A stretch of DNA of 64,000 nucleotides, from the NCBI GenBank assembly GCA_036399275.1, contig DASWNK010000104.1, positions 565 through 64,564 on the forward strand. The letters are read 5' to 3'. The translations under genes were made by a program, and so were the position numbers. The stretch's first letter is position 1, and every line of letters starts with the position of its first letter. Source of the DNA: Bacteroidia bacterium. GTDB taxonomy: Bacteria; Bacteroidota; Bacteroidia; 2-12-FULL-35-15. This document shows positions 54,780 to 64,000 of this stretch, piece after piece. Under the pieces are notes generated by a model. That model ran no database searches and was not told the DNA's origin. It saw nothing but the letters and a program-made list of their open reading frames with translations.

Positions 54780-56075
54780 ATGAATTATCAGCAAACACTC
54801 GAATATCTTTACAGCCAATTGCCAATGTTTCAGCGCATCGGTAGTGCGGCTTATAAAGCGGATCTGAATAATACGCTTGATATTTGCCGCCTGCTGAATA
54901 ATCCCGAAAAAGAATTCCGTTCCATACATGTTGCAGGTACCAATGGAAAAGGTTCCACTTCTCACATGCTTGCATCGGTGTTGCAAAGTGCCGGTTTAAA
55001 AGTCGGTTTGTATACATCCCCTCATCTTAAAGATTTTCGTGAGCGAATTAAAATCAATGGCGAATTTATACCACAGGAATACGTTATCGATTTTGTGGAA
55101 AAGTATAGAAAGGACTTTGAAAAAATTCAACCTTCTTTTTTTGAAATGACAGTCGGGCTGGCCTTCGATTATTTTGCAAATGAACAGGTAGATATTGCTG
55201 TAATAGAGGTAGGGTTGGGCGGCAGACTTGATTCAACTAATGTGATATTGCCGGAAATATCAGTGATCACCAACATTAGTTTCGACCATACAGCCCTTTT
55301 GGGGAATACAATTGAACAGATCGCTTTCGAAAAGGCGGGCATAGTAAAATCAGGAGTTCCTCTAATAATAGGTGAATCTCAGGAAATAGCTCAGGATGTG
55401 TTCATCCAAAAAGCCCGCGAAAAAAGCACTTCCATTGTTTTTGCCGATAAGCGGTGTAAAGTAAAAAATGTGCGAATAACAAATGACACTAAGCCATTGC
55501 TTATTGCAGATGTTGAAAAGGACGGAGTACTGACGTATGAGAATCTGGAAAGTGAACTGTTAGGATTATATCAGCAAAAGAATATTGCGACTGTACTTTG
55601 TGCAATAGAAATATTAAAAGAGAAGGGTTTTCATTTGCCGGAAGGGGTCATCCGGAACGGAATAAAAAATGTAGTTTCGCAAACTTCTTTGTTCGGCCGA
55701 TGGCAGATTCTCTCCACGAAACCTTTGGTGATTGCCGATACCGGACACAATGAAGCCGGAATAAAAGAAGTGCTGCAACAGATCGGACAGACCAATCATG
55801 AGCATTTACATTTTGTGCTGGGAATGGTCAATGATAAAGATATAGCTGGCGTATTAAAGCTGCTTCCCAAGGATGCGAGCTATTATTTTTGCAAAGCCAA
55901 TATTCCGCGAGCGTTGGAAACTGAAGAATTATGCAGGCAAGCAACGGCAATTGGATTACAAGGGAAGGTATATTCTTCCGTTGTAAACGCACTTGAGGCT
56001 GCTAAGGCAAATGCATCATCGAACGATTTGGTATTTGTTGGAGGCAGCACGTTTACGGTCGCAGAGGTAGTCTAA
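54780..56075 (+). CDS. folC: Bifunctional folylpolyglutamate synthase/dihydrofolate synthase
   Basis: 431 aa. HVAGTNGKGST, EVGLGGRLDSTN, ISFDHTALLG. Confidence 0.9.
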   Translation: MNYQQTLEYLYSQLPMFQRIGSAAYKADLNNTLDICRLLNNPEKEFRSIHVAGTNGKGSTSHMLASVLQSAGLKVGLYTSPHLKDFRERIKINGEFIPQEYVIDFVEKYRKDFEKIQPSFFEMTVGLAFDYFANEQVDIAVIEVGLGGRLDSTNVILPEISVITNISFDHTALLGNTIEQIAFEKAGIVKSGVPLIIGESQEIAQDVFIQKAREKSTSIVFADKRCKVKNVRITNDTKPLLIADVEKDGVLTYENLESELLGLYQQKNIATVLCAIEILKEKGFHLPEGVIRNGIKNVVSQTSLFGRWQILSTKPLVIADTGHNEAGIKEVLQQIGQTNHEHLHFVLGMVNDKDIAGVLKLLPKDASYYFCKANIPRALETEELCRQATAIGLQGKVYSSVVNALEAAKANASSNDLVFVGGSTFTVAEVV

Positions 56076-56103
56076 GCATCGCCATTCATTCGTATCTATA
56101 AGC

Positions 56104-56140
56104 AAAAATCCCTCCTGTTGTTTCACAGAAGGGATTTTTT
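56104..56140. terminator. Probable bidirectional terminator between folC and gldJ
   Basis: AAATCCCTCCTG-ttgtttca-CAGAAGGGATTT: a 12-bp stem with one mismatch (56106-56117 pairs with 56126-56137), flanked by A and T runs. Confidence 0.55.
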
Positions 56141-56161
56141 AATATGATATGTTATTGTTAA

Positions 56162-57691
56162 TTATCTTCCTAATCCTACAGGGCTACCAACACGTGTCAT
56201 AGCGCAACGGAAACCGATCCATGCAGTTGACTGACGTTGATCCAGGTAGCGTCTTGTTCCAGGAACCATCCAATAAGCACGGTCTTTCCATGAACCACCT
56301 TTATAAACACGAGCTTTATCGTTGATCATAGAAGTGTTACCATATTCGTACATTCCGCTAGATTCAGGCTTTCCTGTTGTAGCATCAAATTCAGTCCAGG
56401 TTCCGCCGTTTAATCCTACAGCTTGCGATTGAACATCACCATCCAGGTAATTGATGTTATCAGCATATTTGTAATTTCTTCTTTCGTCCAGGTTATCATC
56501 AGGAATTGCAGGGCTTACATCTCTCCAGCGAACCATACCTGGTATTGAAATGATATTACTGTCAGCATCATACTTAATTGTATCACTGATTACAATACCG
56601 TCTTCATTGCGTTCTTGTGTTTTGAATACGTTACCACGGAATGGGCGGAAATCCGCTTTATCTTCCGGAGAAAGTGGACGATAAACATCCATTACCCATT
56701 CGGAAACGTTACCTGCCATGTTGTACAAGCCATAGTCATTCGGCCAATAAGAGAACACAGGAGTTGTAATATCCCCGGCATCGTTCAAACGACCAGCATT
56801 ACCCATCATATCACCATTACTACGCTGGTAGTTAGCTAACATTTGTCCTAAGTATTTTGAATCAGGGTTACGGGTACCGTGTCCGTTCCAAGGATATAAT
56901 CTTCTGTCGGTAATACGCTCACCAATAGTGTTACCAATTAAGCCATAAGCAGCATATTCCCACTCAGCTTCTGTCGGTAGGCGGTAGCGAGGTAAAAAGA
57001 TACCGTCTTCCATTCTTACCAAACGATCACCGCCGTTAGGGTCCATGTTAGGGATAGGGTTTTTAACAGCTCCTGTCCATTTTCCGGCAAGGTACTGATC
57101 TGTATTGAAATAATCGTTTTCAGTAGGAGTAGGTGCATAATCAAGGATACCCTCACGAACAAGGATAAATTCGTTAACGCGGTCAGTACGCCAAGCACAG
57201 AAATCGGATGCCTGTAACCAATTCACACCAACCACAGGGTAATCTCTGTAAGACGGGTGACGTAAATAATATTCTACGTACGGTTCGTTATATGCTAAAC
57301 GATCACGCCATACTAAACTGTCAGGAGTTGCTTTTTTAACTACATCAGGAAAATTGGCAGAAAACACCCTTGATGTCCAATGCAAATATTCAAGGTAATC
57401 AAGGTTACGCACCTCTGTCTGATCCATATAAAAAGAAGAAACTGTTACTCTTCTAGGAATAGCATTCCATTCATATGTTACATCTTGCTCCGCTCTTCCC
57501 ATTGTAAAAGTACCACCTTCTACCAAGATCAATCCCGGTCCGGTTTCTTGCTCTTCGTAGGGTCCAACTTCAAATCCTCCGTTTCTAGGTTCGTTATACT
57601 CCCATGCTGTAACTGGAGATCTCTCTTTGGTACAAGATGCAAGGGCAATAATACCTGCTAGTGCGATAAATTTGCTTGATGCTTTTTTCAT
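56162..57691 (-). CDS. gldJ: Gliding motility lipoprotein GldJ (FGE/SUMF1-like fold)
   Basis: 509 aa with lipoprotein signal IALASC. SUMF1-like motifs: GGTFTMG...VTVSSFYMDQTEV, NVSEWVMD, RVYKGGSWKD. I prefer GldJ over GldK because no gldLMN genes follow it and it neighbours porU/porV. Confidence 0.75.
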   Translation of the reverse strand: MKKASSKFIALAGIIALASCTKERSPVTAWEYNEPRNGGFEVGPYEEQETGPGLILVEGGTFTMGRAEQDVTYEWNAIPRRVTVSSFYMDQTEVRNLDYLEYLHWTSRVFSANFPDVVKKATPDSLVWRDRLAYNEPYVEYYLRHPSYRDYPVVGVNWLQASDFCAWRTDRVNEFILVREGILDYAPTPTENDYFNTDQYLAGKWTGAVKNPIPNMDPNGGDRLVRMEDGIFLPRYRLPTEAEWEYAAYGLIGNTIGERITDRRLYPWNGHGTRNPDSKYLGQMLANYQRSNGDMMGNAGRLNDAGDITTPVFSYWPNDYGLYNMAGNVSEWVMDVYRPLSPEDKADFRPFRGNVFKTQERNEDGIVISDTIKYDADSNIISIPGMVRWRDVSPAIPDDNLDERRNYKYADNINYLDGDVQSQAVGLNGGTWTEFDATTGKPESSGMYEYGNTSMINDKARVYKGGSWKDRAYWMVPGTRRYLDQRQSTAWIGFRCAMTRVGSPVGLGR

Positions 57692-57769
57692 TTTGTTAGT
57701 TTTTGTTTTGTAAAAAAATGTATTCCTAATAACTAATTAATAGGCTTTAATATTGTATCAATAAAAATT

Positions 57770-58726
57770 TTAGAATGAAGGACAGCTTACAGTTCTGAAT
57801 TTTTTCTTTTTTGGTTTACATTCAAACTGCAATGAAAATGAGATCTCGTGGGATCCTGCTGTCGCATTGGTTAGTTTAGATACGGTTACATCATAGCTGT
57901 ATCCAACTTTGAAAAAGTGCTGTTGAAAACCGATAAGTGCTATGAATGAATCCTGATTACGATACCAAAGACCACCTACTATTGATCCTCTGACAACATA
58001 AACTCCCAGGTTAAGCTGTTGGAAATCCTGTTGTTTTTGATATAAAACGTTTGGAGAAATATAGGTTTCACTTCCTTTATCACCAACAGGTAATACTGCT
58101 CCTGCGTGACCTGTAAACTTCATTGGCAATTTGCTGGGCCCTATCAGACCTTCATCCGGCTGGGTAAGGTGATGTGCTGCAAAACCAAAGAAATAACGCT
58201 TGCTATAACCTAGTAAGCCTGCAGATAAATCCACATTTGATTTTTTTGATTGTCCGGGTACTTCATTGGTATTGTAAACGAAACCTCGGCGCTCATCAAT
58301 CATATCACCAAATGTAAGTTTGGTCCAGTCGATGCTTTTTTGAAAGTAAGTAGCCTGAAATCCGAATTTCATAGAGAATTCACGGTTAATATTCAGCTGA
58401 TAAGAATATATTCCCGAAGCATTCGTAGTAGTTAATGTTCCCTGGCCAGCTTTATCGTTGGTTACTAAAAGACCAATTCCTCCGCCAATTTTATCAACGT
58501 GCTGATCATAAGATGCTGAATAAGTAATATAGGTCCCGGAGATATTAGGCCATTGATTACGATAATTTAAATTGATTCTCGGGCATCTTGCTGTTCCTGC
58601 AAAAGCCGGATTCAAATACAATGGGTTCGCGTAGAATTGAGTAAATTCAGGGTCTTGAGCGAATACTTTTTCGCTGAATCCAAAAGAAAATACTACTAAT
58701 AAAATTAAAACGATACGTTTTAACAT
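57770..58726 (-). CDS. PorP/SprF-family T9SS outer-membrane protein
   Basis: Signal peptide, then QDPEFTQFYANPLYLNPAFAG, typical of PorP/SprF. C-terminal beta-barrel patterns. I chose the start at Met10 (58726) of the longer ORF. Confidence 0.85.
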   Translation of the reverse strand: MLKRIVLILLVVFSFGFSEKVFAQDPEFTQFYANPLYLNPAFAGTARCPRINLNYRNQWPNISGTYITYSASYDQHVDKIGGGIGLLVTNDKAGQGTLTTTNASGIYSYQLNINREFSMKFGFQATYFQKSIDWTKLTFGDMIDERRGFVYNTNEVPGQSKKSNVDLSAGLLGYSKRYFFGFAAHHLTQPDEGLIGPSKLPMKFTGHAGAVLPVGDKGSETYISPNVLYQKQQDFQQLNLGVYVVRGSIVGGLWYRNQDSFIALIGFQQHFFKVGYSYDVTVSKLTNATAGSHEISFSLQFECKPKKKKFRTVSCPSF

Positions 58727-58916
58727 AATAATTCTGTTTTTAATGGGACACAATTATACATATATATTCCTAAAATGTTTCATTTGTAAGGCATTATTTT
58801 TATTTTGAAGCAATAAGCAACTTAATAATGCGTTTGAAAAACGTAACTTTTGGGAACATTTAGACAAATTTATATAAATTTTTCATTATCGCCAATTTTA
58901 AATGCTCATTTTTACC

Positions 58917-58924
58917 TAAATTTG
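58917..58924 (+). promoter_or_regulatory. Candidate -7 promoter box (TAAATTTG) upstream of porU
   Basis: Exact TAnnTTTG match ending 7 nt before the ATG at 58932. The -33 position holds only a near match (TTTTA). Confidence 0.35.
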
Positions 58925-58931
58925 AAATCTA

Positions 58932-61900
58932 ATGATGAATTCGATGCGTACTATACTTGCCTTTTGTCTTGTTTTACTCCTGAATACCATTGTCACTGGG
59001 CAAACACAAGGCCTTTTAAGGCAAAATCCCGCAAAATACAGCATTTCATGGCTAAGCCCAGGTTCGGTAAAGCCCTCAGAAAATGAAACTCAACGGTTTT
59101 TGAATTTTTCGGGAGCGGGTTTTGTACCTGAAGATGCATTTTTGCCTCGTTATTTCCAGAAAGTCCCCTTAAACTCTACTGTGGAGAGTTTTACAACCCT
59201 TCTTGTTAATGCAGTTTATGAGCCTTTAACCAGCGCTGAAGTTGCAATAATTAAAAAGCCTTCGCTTATTACTAATGAAATAAAGGTTAGTTCTACGGTT
59301 TCCATTGCAAAAAAGAAGAAACACGGTGTTGTTTCATTTATTCCAATTCGTAAAAACCCAGTCACTCAACAATTCGAGAAGCTTGTTTCCTTTGATATTT
59401 CTATTAATTCAGGTCCTTCCGAGAGGGGACTTAGCCGCACTGTTCATACTTATGCGGCCAATTCTGTTCTTCAAAGTGGAAATTGGTATAAAATAGGGCT
59501 TACAGCCGATGGAATTTATAAGCTTCCTGCTTCTTTTTTTCAAAGCCTGGGCATGGATATCACTACTTTAAATCCTCAAAACATACGCATTTATGGAAAT
59601 GGAGGAGGAATGCTGCCTGAATTGAATTCGGTTGCCCGTTTAGATGACTTAGTGGAGAATGCCATTTTTGTGCAAGGAGAAGGTGACGGAACTTTTGATG
59701 CGGCTGACTATGTTCTTTTTTATGGGAAAGGCCCACATACATGGAATTATGATTCTGCAGCCTGTCCGGAGTTTAAGCATACGTTGAACCTGTATTCAGA
59801 TTCTGCCTACTACTTTATCACAACAGACCTTGGTGCAGGAAAACGAATCGCAAACCAGGCATCTTCTTCTTTGCCTTTTACAAATTCGGTTAGCACTTTT
59901 GATGATTATGGCTTCCATGAAAGTGACAATGTCAATTTCATTAAGTCGGGGAGACAATGGTTCGGTGAGCATTTCGATAACATTGCGACTTATAGTTTTC
60001 CTTTTAGCTTTCCTAATATCGACGGAAGTGCAGCGGCTAGAGTCGGCGTTAGTGTTGCATCCCGCAATCTTACAAGCTCTTCGGGTTATTCGGTAATAAG
60101 CCAGACCGGTAGCATGACGATGACCATTTCTTCCACACCCGGAGACTCTTACAGCGATTACGCAATTATTGGAACATCCTGTTATTCTTTTAATCCGACT
60201 AATTCAAACGTATTGGTATCTGTAACAAAGCAAACGGCTGATGCGGTTGGCTGGTTGGATTATATTGATATTAATGTCAGGCGACTGCTCACTATGTCAG
60301 GCGATCAAATGTCATTTAGAGATGTGCAATCTGTTGGAACTGGAAATATTGCACAATACACTCTTTCCAGTAGTGTGCCTGTTCAGGTCTGGGATATAAC
60401 GGATCCTTCAAATATTGCGCTTCAATCCCTTACAATTGCGGGAAGCAATTATCAGTTTACATTGCCTGCAGATCAACTAAAACAATTTATTGCATTTAGC
60501 GGAACGACTTATTATACACCTTCAATCTCAGGAACCGTTGCCAATCAAAATCTGCATGCCTTGTCGGATAAAGATTTTATCATTGTAGCTCATCCTGATT
60601 TTTATAATAAAGCAATGGAGCTAGCGGCTTTTCATGAAACGCAGGATACTTTATCTACTTATGTGGTAACACCTCAGCAGATATACAATGAGTTTTCTTC
60701 AGGTGCGCAGGATATTTCTGCTATTCGCGATTTTGTGAAGATGTTTTATGATAAAGCGGTCATCGCTTCGGAATTACCTCAGTACCTGCTAATGTTTGGC
60801 GATGGCTCTTACGATAATAAGAAGCGCTTCTCCTCTAATACGAATTTTATTCCTACCTATCAATCCATTAACTCCACTGTCTTAACCAACTCCTATGTTT
60901 CCGATGATTTTTATGGATTGCTGGATGATGCAGAAGGGTTGTGGGTGGCCGGAGATGCTATTGATATCGGCATAGGTCGGTTCCCTGTAAAGTCGAATGC
61001 AGAAGCAGAGACCATGCTGAATAAAATATTCAGCTATACTAAAACAGGCTTTTCAGCGACTACCACTAACAATGGTTGCTCCAATCTGGCTTCGAACTCC
61101 CCTTTTGGAGATTGGAGAAATATAGTTTGCTTTATCGGTGATGATGAAGACGGAGGTTTACACCAAAGTGATGCGAACAAATTAGCCACGATGGTTGACA
61201 CGGCTCATAATGACTATAACGTGGATAAAATATTTATGGATGCTTATCCGCAGGAAGCAACACCTGGTGGAAAGCGTTATCCCGCCGTTACTGCCGCCAT
61301 TGATAAAAGAGTTGAGAAAGGTTGTTTGATTATGAATTATACGGGGCATGGAGGAGAAGTGGGTTTGGCCCATGAGCGCATTATTGAAGTATCTACCATC
61401 AATAATTGGAAGAATATAAATAACCTTCCTTTGTTTTTTACTGCAACGTGTGAATTCAGCAGGTTTGATGATCCCGAGCGGACTTCTGCCGGCGAGTATG
61501 TATTATTGAATTCCGAAGGTGGCGGAATTGGATTATTTACAACCGTACGGTTGGTTTTTGCCTCCGGAAATTTTGCACTTAATAAAGATTTTTACGAAGC
61601 AGCCTTTACACCGATGATAGGAGGTAAAATGCCTCGCCTTGGTGATCTTTTTGAATATATTAAGAATGAGCCTTATGGCAATTCTACCAATAGCAGAAAT
61701 TTTACATTGCTTGGTGACCCCGCTCTGACCTTAGCATATCCCGAATATGATATCTCTACCGATACGGTAAATTCTGTTCCTGTTAGCATAAGCAGCTCCG
61801 ATACTTTAAAAGCCTTGTCGCTTGTAACCATCAGTGGATTTGTAAGAAACGGCAGCGGTGGCATTTTGAATTCATATAATGGCGTAATCTATCCAACGGT

Positions 61901-62831
61901 ATATGATAAATCACAGAACGTGACAACCCTTTCAAACGATGGTGCAGCAAGCCCGTCGTATACTTTCGGTGTTCAAAAAAATATTTTATACAAAGGCAAA
62001 GCGAGTGTAACCAATGGTGCTTTTCGCTTCTCTTTTGTGGTGCCGAAGGATATTGCTTATCAATATGGCATTGGACGAATAAGTTATTATGCCGAGAACG
62101 GGACCCAGGATGCAAACGGATATTATGAAAAGGTTATCATTGGAGGATCGAACGATTCAGCGCTAGCTGATAATGCTGGTCCGAATGTAAATGTTTACAT
62201 GAATGATGCGAAATTCGTTTTTGGCGGATTAACGGATGAAAATCCCGATCTCTTTGCTATTCTTAAAGATGAGAACGGTGTAAATACAGTTGGAAACGGA
62301 ATAGGCCATGACATTACTGCTGTAGTTGATGGCAATACGGATGGTACGATTGTGTTGAATGAATATTACCAGGCGGATTTAAACAGCTATAAAAGCGGGA
62401 CTATTCGTTATCCTTTTAACGAATTGAGCGAAGGAAAGCATACGTTGAATTTGAAAGTATGGGACGTATATAATAATTCCAGCCAGTCGTACACTGAATT
62501 CATTGTTGCACATTCAGCTGAATTGGCATTGAAGCATGTGTTGAATTATCCAAACCCGTTTACGACAAAAACGCAGTTCTATTTTGAACAAAATCAATGC
62601 TGCCAGGTGCTAGACGTTCAGGTACAAATTTTTACTGTTTCAGGTAAGCTGGTGAAGAATATCGATCAGTTTGTTCAAACCGAAGGTTTCCGTTCTGCTC
62701 CAATCGAATGGGACGGAAGAGATGATTTCGGTGACAAGATCGGTAAAGGAGTATACATTTATCGTATAAAGGTGAAAACAAGCGAAGGCGCTACCGCCGA
62801 AAAGTATGAAAAGCTTGTCATTTTAAATTAA
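58932..62831 (+). CDS. porU: Type IX secretion system sortase / C-terminal signal peptidase PorU
   Basis: 1299 aa with a signal peptide. C25 core with His in NYTGHGGEVG (codon 61347-61349) and Cys in FFTATCEFSRFD (codon 61449-61451). A retained CTD-like C-terminus (NYPNPFTTKTQFYF...GVYIYRIKV). It is followed directly by porV and sits next to gldJ. Confidence 0.85.
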   Translation: MMNSMRTILAFCLVLLLNTIVTGQTQGLLRQNPAKYSISWLSPGSVKPSENETQRFLNFSGAGFVPEDAFLPRYFQKVPLNSTVESFTTLLVNAVYEPLTSAEVAIIKKPSLITNEIKVSSTVSIAKKKKHGVVSFIPIRKNPVTQQFEKLVSFDISINSGPSERGLSRTVHTYAANSVLQSGNWYKIGLTADGIYKLPASFFQSLGMDITTLNPQNIRIYGNGGGMLPELNSVARLDDLVENAIFVQGEGDGTFDAADYVLFYGKGPHTWNYDSAACPEFKHTLNLYSDSAYYFITTDLGAGKRIANQASSSLPFTNSVSTFDDYGFHESDNVNFIKSGRQWFGEHFDNIATYSFPFSFPNIDGSAAARVGVSVASRNLTSSSGYSVISQTGSMTMTISSTPGDSYSDYAIIGTSCYSFNPTNSNVLVSVTKQTADAVGWLDYIDINVRRLLTMSGDQMSFRDVQSVGTGNIAQYTLSSSVPVQVWDITDPSNIALQSLTIAGSNYQFTLPADQLKQFIAFSGTTYYTPSISGTVANQNLHALSDKDFIIVAHPDFYNKAMELAAFHETQDTLSTYVVTPQQIYNEFSSGAQDISAIRDFVKMFYDKAVIASELPQYLLMFGDGSYDNKKRFSSNTNFIPTYQSINSTVLTNSYVSDDFYGLLDDAEGLWVAGDAIDIGIGRFPVKSNAEAETMLNKIFSYTKTGFSATTTNNGCSNLASNSPFGDWRNIVCFIGDDEDGGLHQSDANKLATMVDTAHNDYNVDKIFMDAYPQEATPGGKRYPAVTAAIDKRVEKGCLIMNYTGHGGEVGLAHERIIEVSTINNWKNINNLPLFFTATCEFSRFDDPERTSAGEYVLLNSEGGGIGLFTTVRLVFASGNFALNKDFYEAAFTPMIGGKMPRLGDLFEYIKNEPYGNSTNSRNFTLLGDPALTLAYPEYDISTDTVNSVPVSISSSDTLKALSLVTISGFVRNGSGGILNSYNGVIYPTVYDKSQNVTTLSNDGAASPSYTFGVQKNILYKGKASVTNGAFRFSFVVPKDIAYQYGIGRISYYAENGTQDANGYYEKVIIGGSNDSALADNAGPNVNVYMNDAKFVFGGLTDENPDLFAILKDENGVNTVGNGIGHDITAVVDGNTDGTIVLNEYYQADLNSYKSGTIRYPFNELSEGKHTLNLKVWDVYNNSSQSYTEFIVAHSAELALKHVLNYPNPFTTKTQFYFEQNQCCQVLDVQVQIFTVSGKLVKNIDQFVQTEGFRSAPIEWDGRDDFGDKIGKGVYIYRIKVKTSEGATAEKYEKLVILN

Positions 62832-62866
62832 TTAGTACATTAGCAATCCGAAAATAATTAGAAAGA

Positions 62867-64000
62867 ATGATGGATATTAAGGTATACAGCAAAAGCATTA
62901 CGTTATTTGCTATTGCTTTTATTGCAGGAACAAGCGTTAAAGGGCAATCTACATCTTCACAAAGAGCGGAGCAACTTCAGCTGAATACAATCACCACTGC
63001 TGTACCATTCTTATTAATTACTCCTGATTCAAGATCTGGTGGTATGGGTGATGCCGGCGTTGCATCACTGAATGATATGAATGCCGTTCATTGGAATGCT
63101 TCCAAACTTGGCTTTACTGAAAAGAAAATGGGAATTGCCATTTCATATACTCCCTGGTTGAGAGCATTGGTGCCGGATATTAATCTGGCTTACGTTACAG
63201 GTTTTTATAAAACAAAAAAGAGCGGTACTATTGCAGCTTCTCTTCGTTATTTTTCTTTGGGGGATATTACTTTTACTGATCAAAATGGGCAAACAACAGG
63301 CCAGTTCAGACCAAATGAATTTGCAATTGACATTGCTTACGGTAAAAAATTAGCTGATAACTTTGCTGTTGGTGGCGCTGTTCGTTACATCAATTCCAAT
63401 TTAACCGGGAATGCATTGGTAGAGAGCTCGCAAACACATGCCGGACGCTCTGTAGCTGTTGATCTTTCCGCATTATATAAAAAGGAGAAAATTAAACTGG
63501 GGGACAAAAAAGCTATTGCTGCGCTGGGAATAAATATTTCCAACATTGGTGCAAAGATGTCCTATTCCGATCGTGGAGAAAGAAACAGCTCTGATTTTAT
63601 TCCTATTAATTTACGTTTAGGGGGATCATTGAATGTGAATCTGGATGATTATAATTCCATTTCTATTTTAGCTGATATCAATAAATTGTTGGTGCCGACC
63701 CCTCCTCAATATAAATACAAGACGGATACCAATGGTGTTACTACCGGAGAAATTGATACGGATGCTGACGGAAACCCGATTATTGCAGCAGGAAAAGATC
63801 CTAACAGAGGTGTTGCCGAAGGAATGTTTGGTTCTTTCAGTGATGCACCGGGCGGAGGAAAAGAAGAGCTGCGTGAAATTAATTATTCTATCGGATTGGA
63901 ATATTGGTACAACCATTTATTTGCGATTCGTGCGGGGTATTTTTATGAGCATCCCACAAAAGGAAACCGCCAGTTTTTTACAATCGGCGCCGGCGTGAAG
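62867..64000 (+). CDS. porV: Type IX secretion system outer-membrane shuttle protein PorV (LptO); 3' end truncated by window edge
   Basis: This ORF is not in the supplied track because it has no stop inside the window. My own translation in frame 2 from the ATG at 62867 gives 378 codons with no stop. It reads MMDIKVYSKSITLFAIAFIAGTSVKGQ...VPFLLITPDSRSGGMGDAGVASLNDMNAVHWNASKLGF...SIGLEYWYNHLFAIRAGYFYE. Confidence 0.85.
   Translation, partial: MMDIKVYSKSITLFAIAFIAGTSVKGQSTSSQRAEQLQLNTITTAVPFLLITPDSRSGGMGDAGVASLNDMNAVHWNASKLGFTEKKMGIAISYTPWLRALVPDINLAYVTGFYKTKKSGTIAASLRYFSLGDITFTDQNGQTTGQFRPNEFAIDIAYGKKLADNFAVGGAVRYINSNLTGNALVESSQTHAGRSVAVDLSALYKKEKIKLGDKKAIAALGINISNIGAKMSYSDRGERNSSDFIPINLRLGGSLNVNLDDYNSISILADINKLLVPTPPQYKYKTDTNGVTTGEIDTDADGNPIIAAGKDPNRGVAEGMFGSFSDAPGGGKEELREINYSIGLEYWYNHLFAIRAGYFYEHPTKGNRQFFTIGAGVK

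Noticed and set aside
1034-62115. About 90 further short ORFs (60-160 aa) in the supplied track that lie inside or antisense to the larger genes, e.g. 1034-1249, 16115-16594, 34102-34578, 37147-37485, 40768-41175, 61831-62115
   Set aside because: Each is nested in a longer ORF that has strong family motifs. Their translations are low-complexity or hydrophobic junk with no recognisable motifs, and none has its own intergenic context.
1-64000. Search for tRNA, rRNA, CRISPR arrays, transposases, integrases, phage genes or long nucleotide repeats
   Set aside because: I saw none. All intergenic regions are 219 nt or shorter, none shows tRNA-like cloverleaf arms or repeat-spacer periodicity, and no ORF shows DDE transposase, integrase or phage hallmarks. 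Short repeats could still be missed without a computational scan.

Overview
This 64 kb window looks like a Bacteroidota chromosome segment. The evidence is the gliding-motility and type IX secretion (T9SS) genes gldB, gldC, gldJ, porP/sprF, porU and porV, TTTG/TAnnTTTG-type promoter boxes, and T9SS C-terminal sorting domains. All calls come from reading the six-frame translations for family motifs; no searches were run. About 55 protein genes are tightly packed. I saw no rRNA, tRNA, CRISPR array, transposase or integrase.

Housekeeping genes include recQ, kdsD, tatC, lptB, purS, pssA, lnt, lpdA, hemH, engB, nadE, murF, anmK, folC, an acyl-CoA dehydrogenase and an MscS channel.

Four accessory envelope modules stand out:
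- An island at 3.1-14.2 kb for modifying polyprenyl-phosphate-linked sugars. It holds a GT2, a DUF2304-like protein, an SDR, a NodB deacetylase, a GMC flavoprotein, an epimerase, a GNAT, a methyltransferase, and a TMTC-like GT-C protein with TPR repeats.
- A GtrB/ArnC-like GT2, GT-C and methyltransferase operon at 20.9-25.3 kb.
- Divergently adjacent to that operon, a translationally coupled pair at 25438-31559: a PorV/PorQ-like barrel protein and a 1681-aa PorU-like C25 peptidase. This pair is paralogous to the canonical porU-porV pair, which is also in the window (58932 to the window end).
- An exbB operon with an alternating, duplicated exbD-tonB module, plus a third tonB.

The second sortase/shuttle-like pair (here called PorV2/PorU2) and its link to a glycolipid-type locus is the best candidate for an uncharacterised system.
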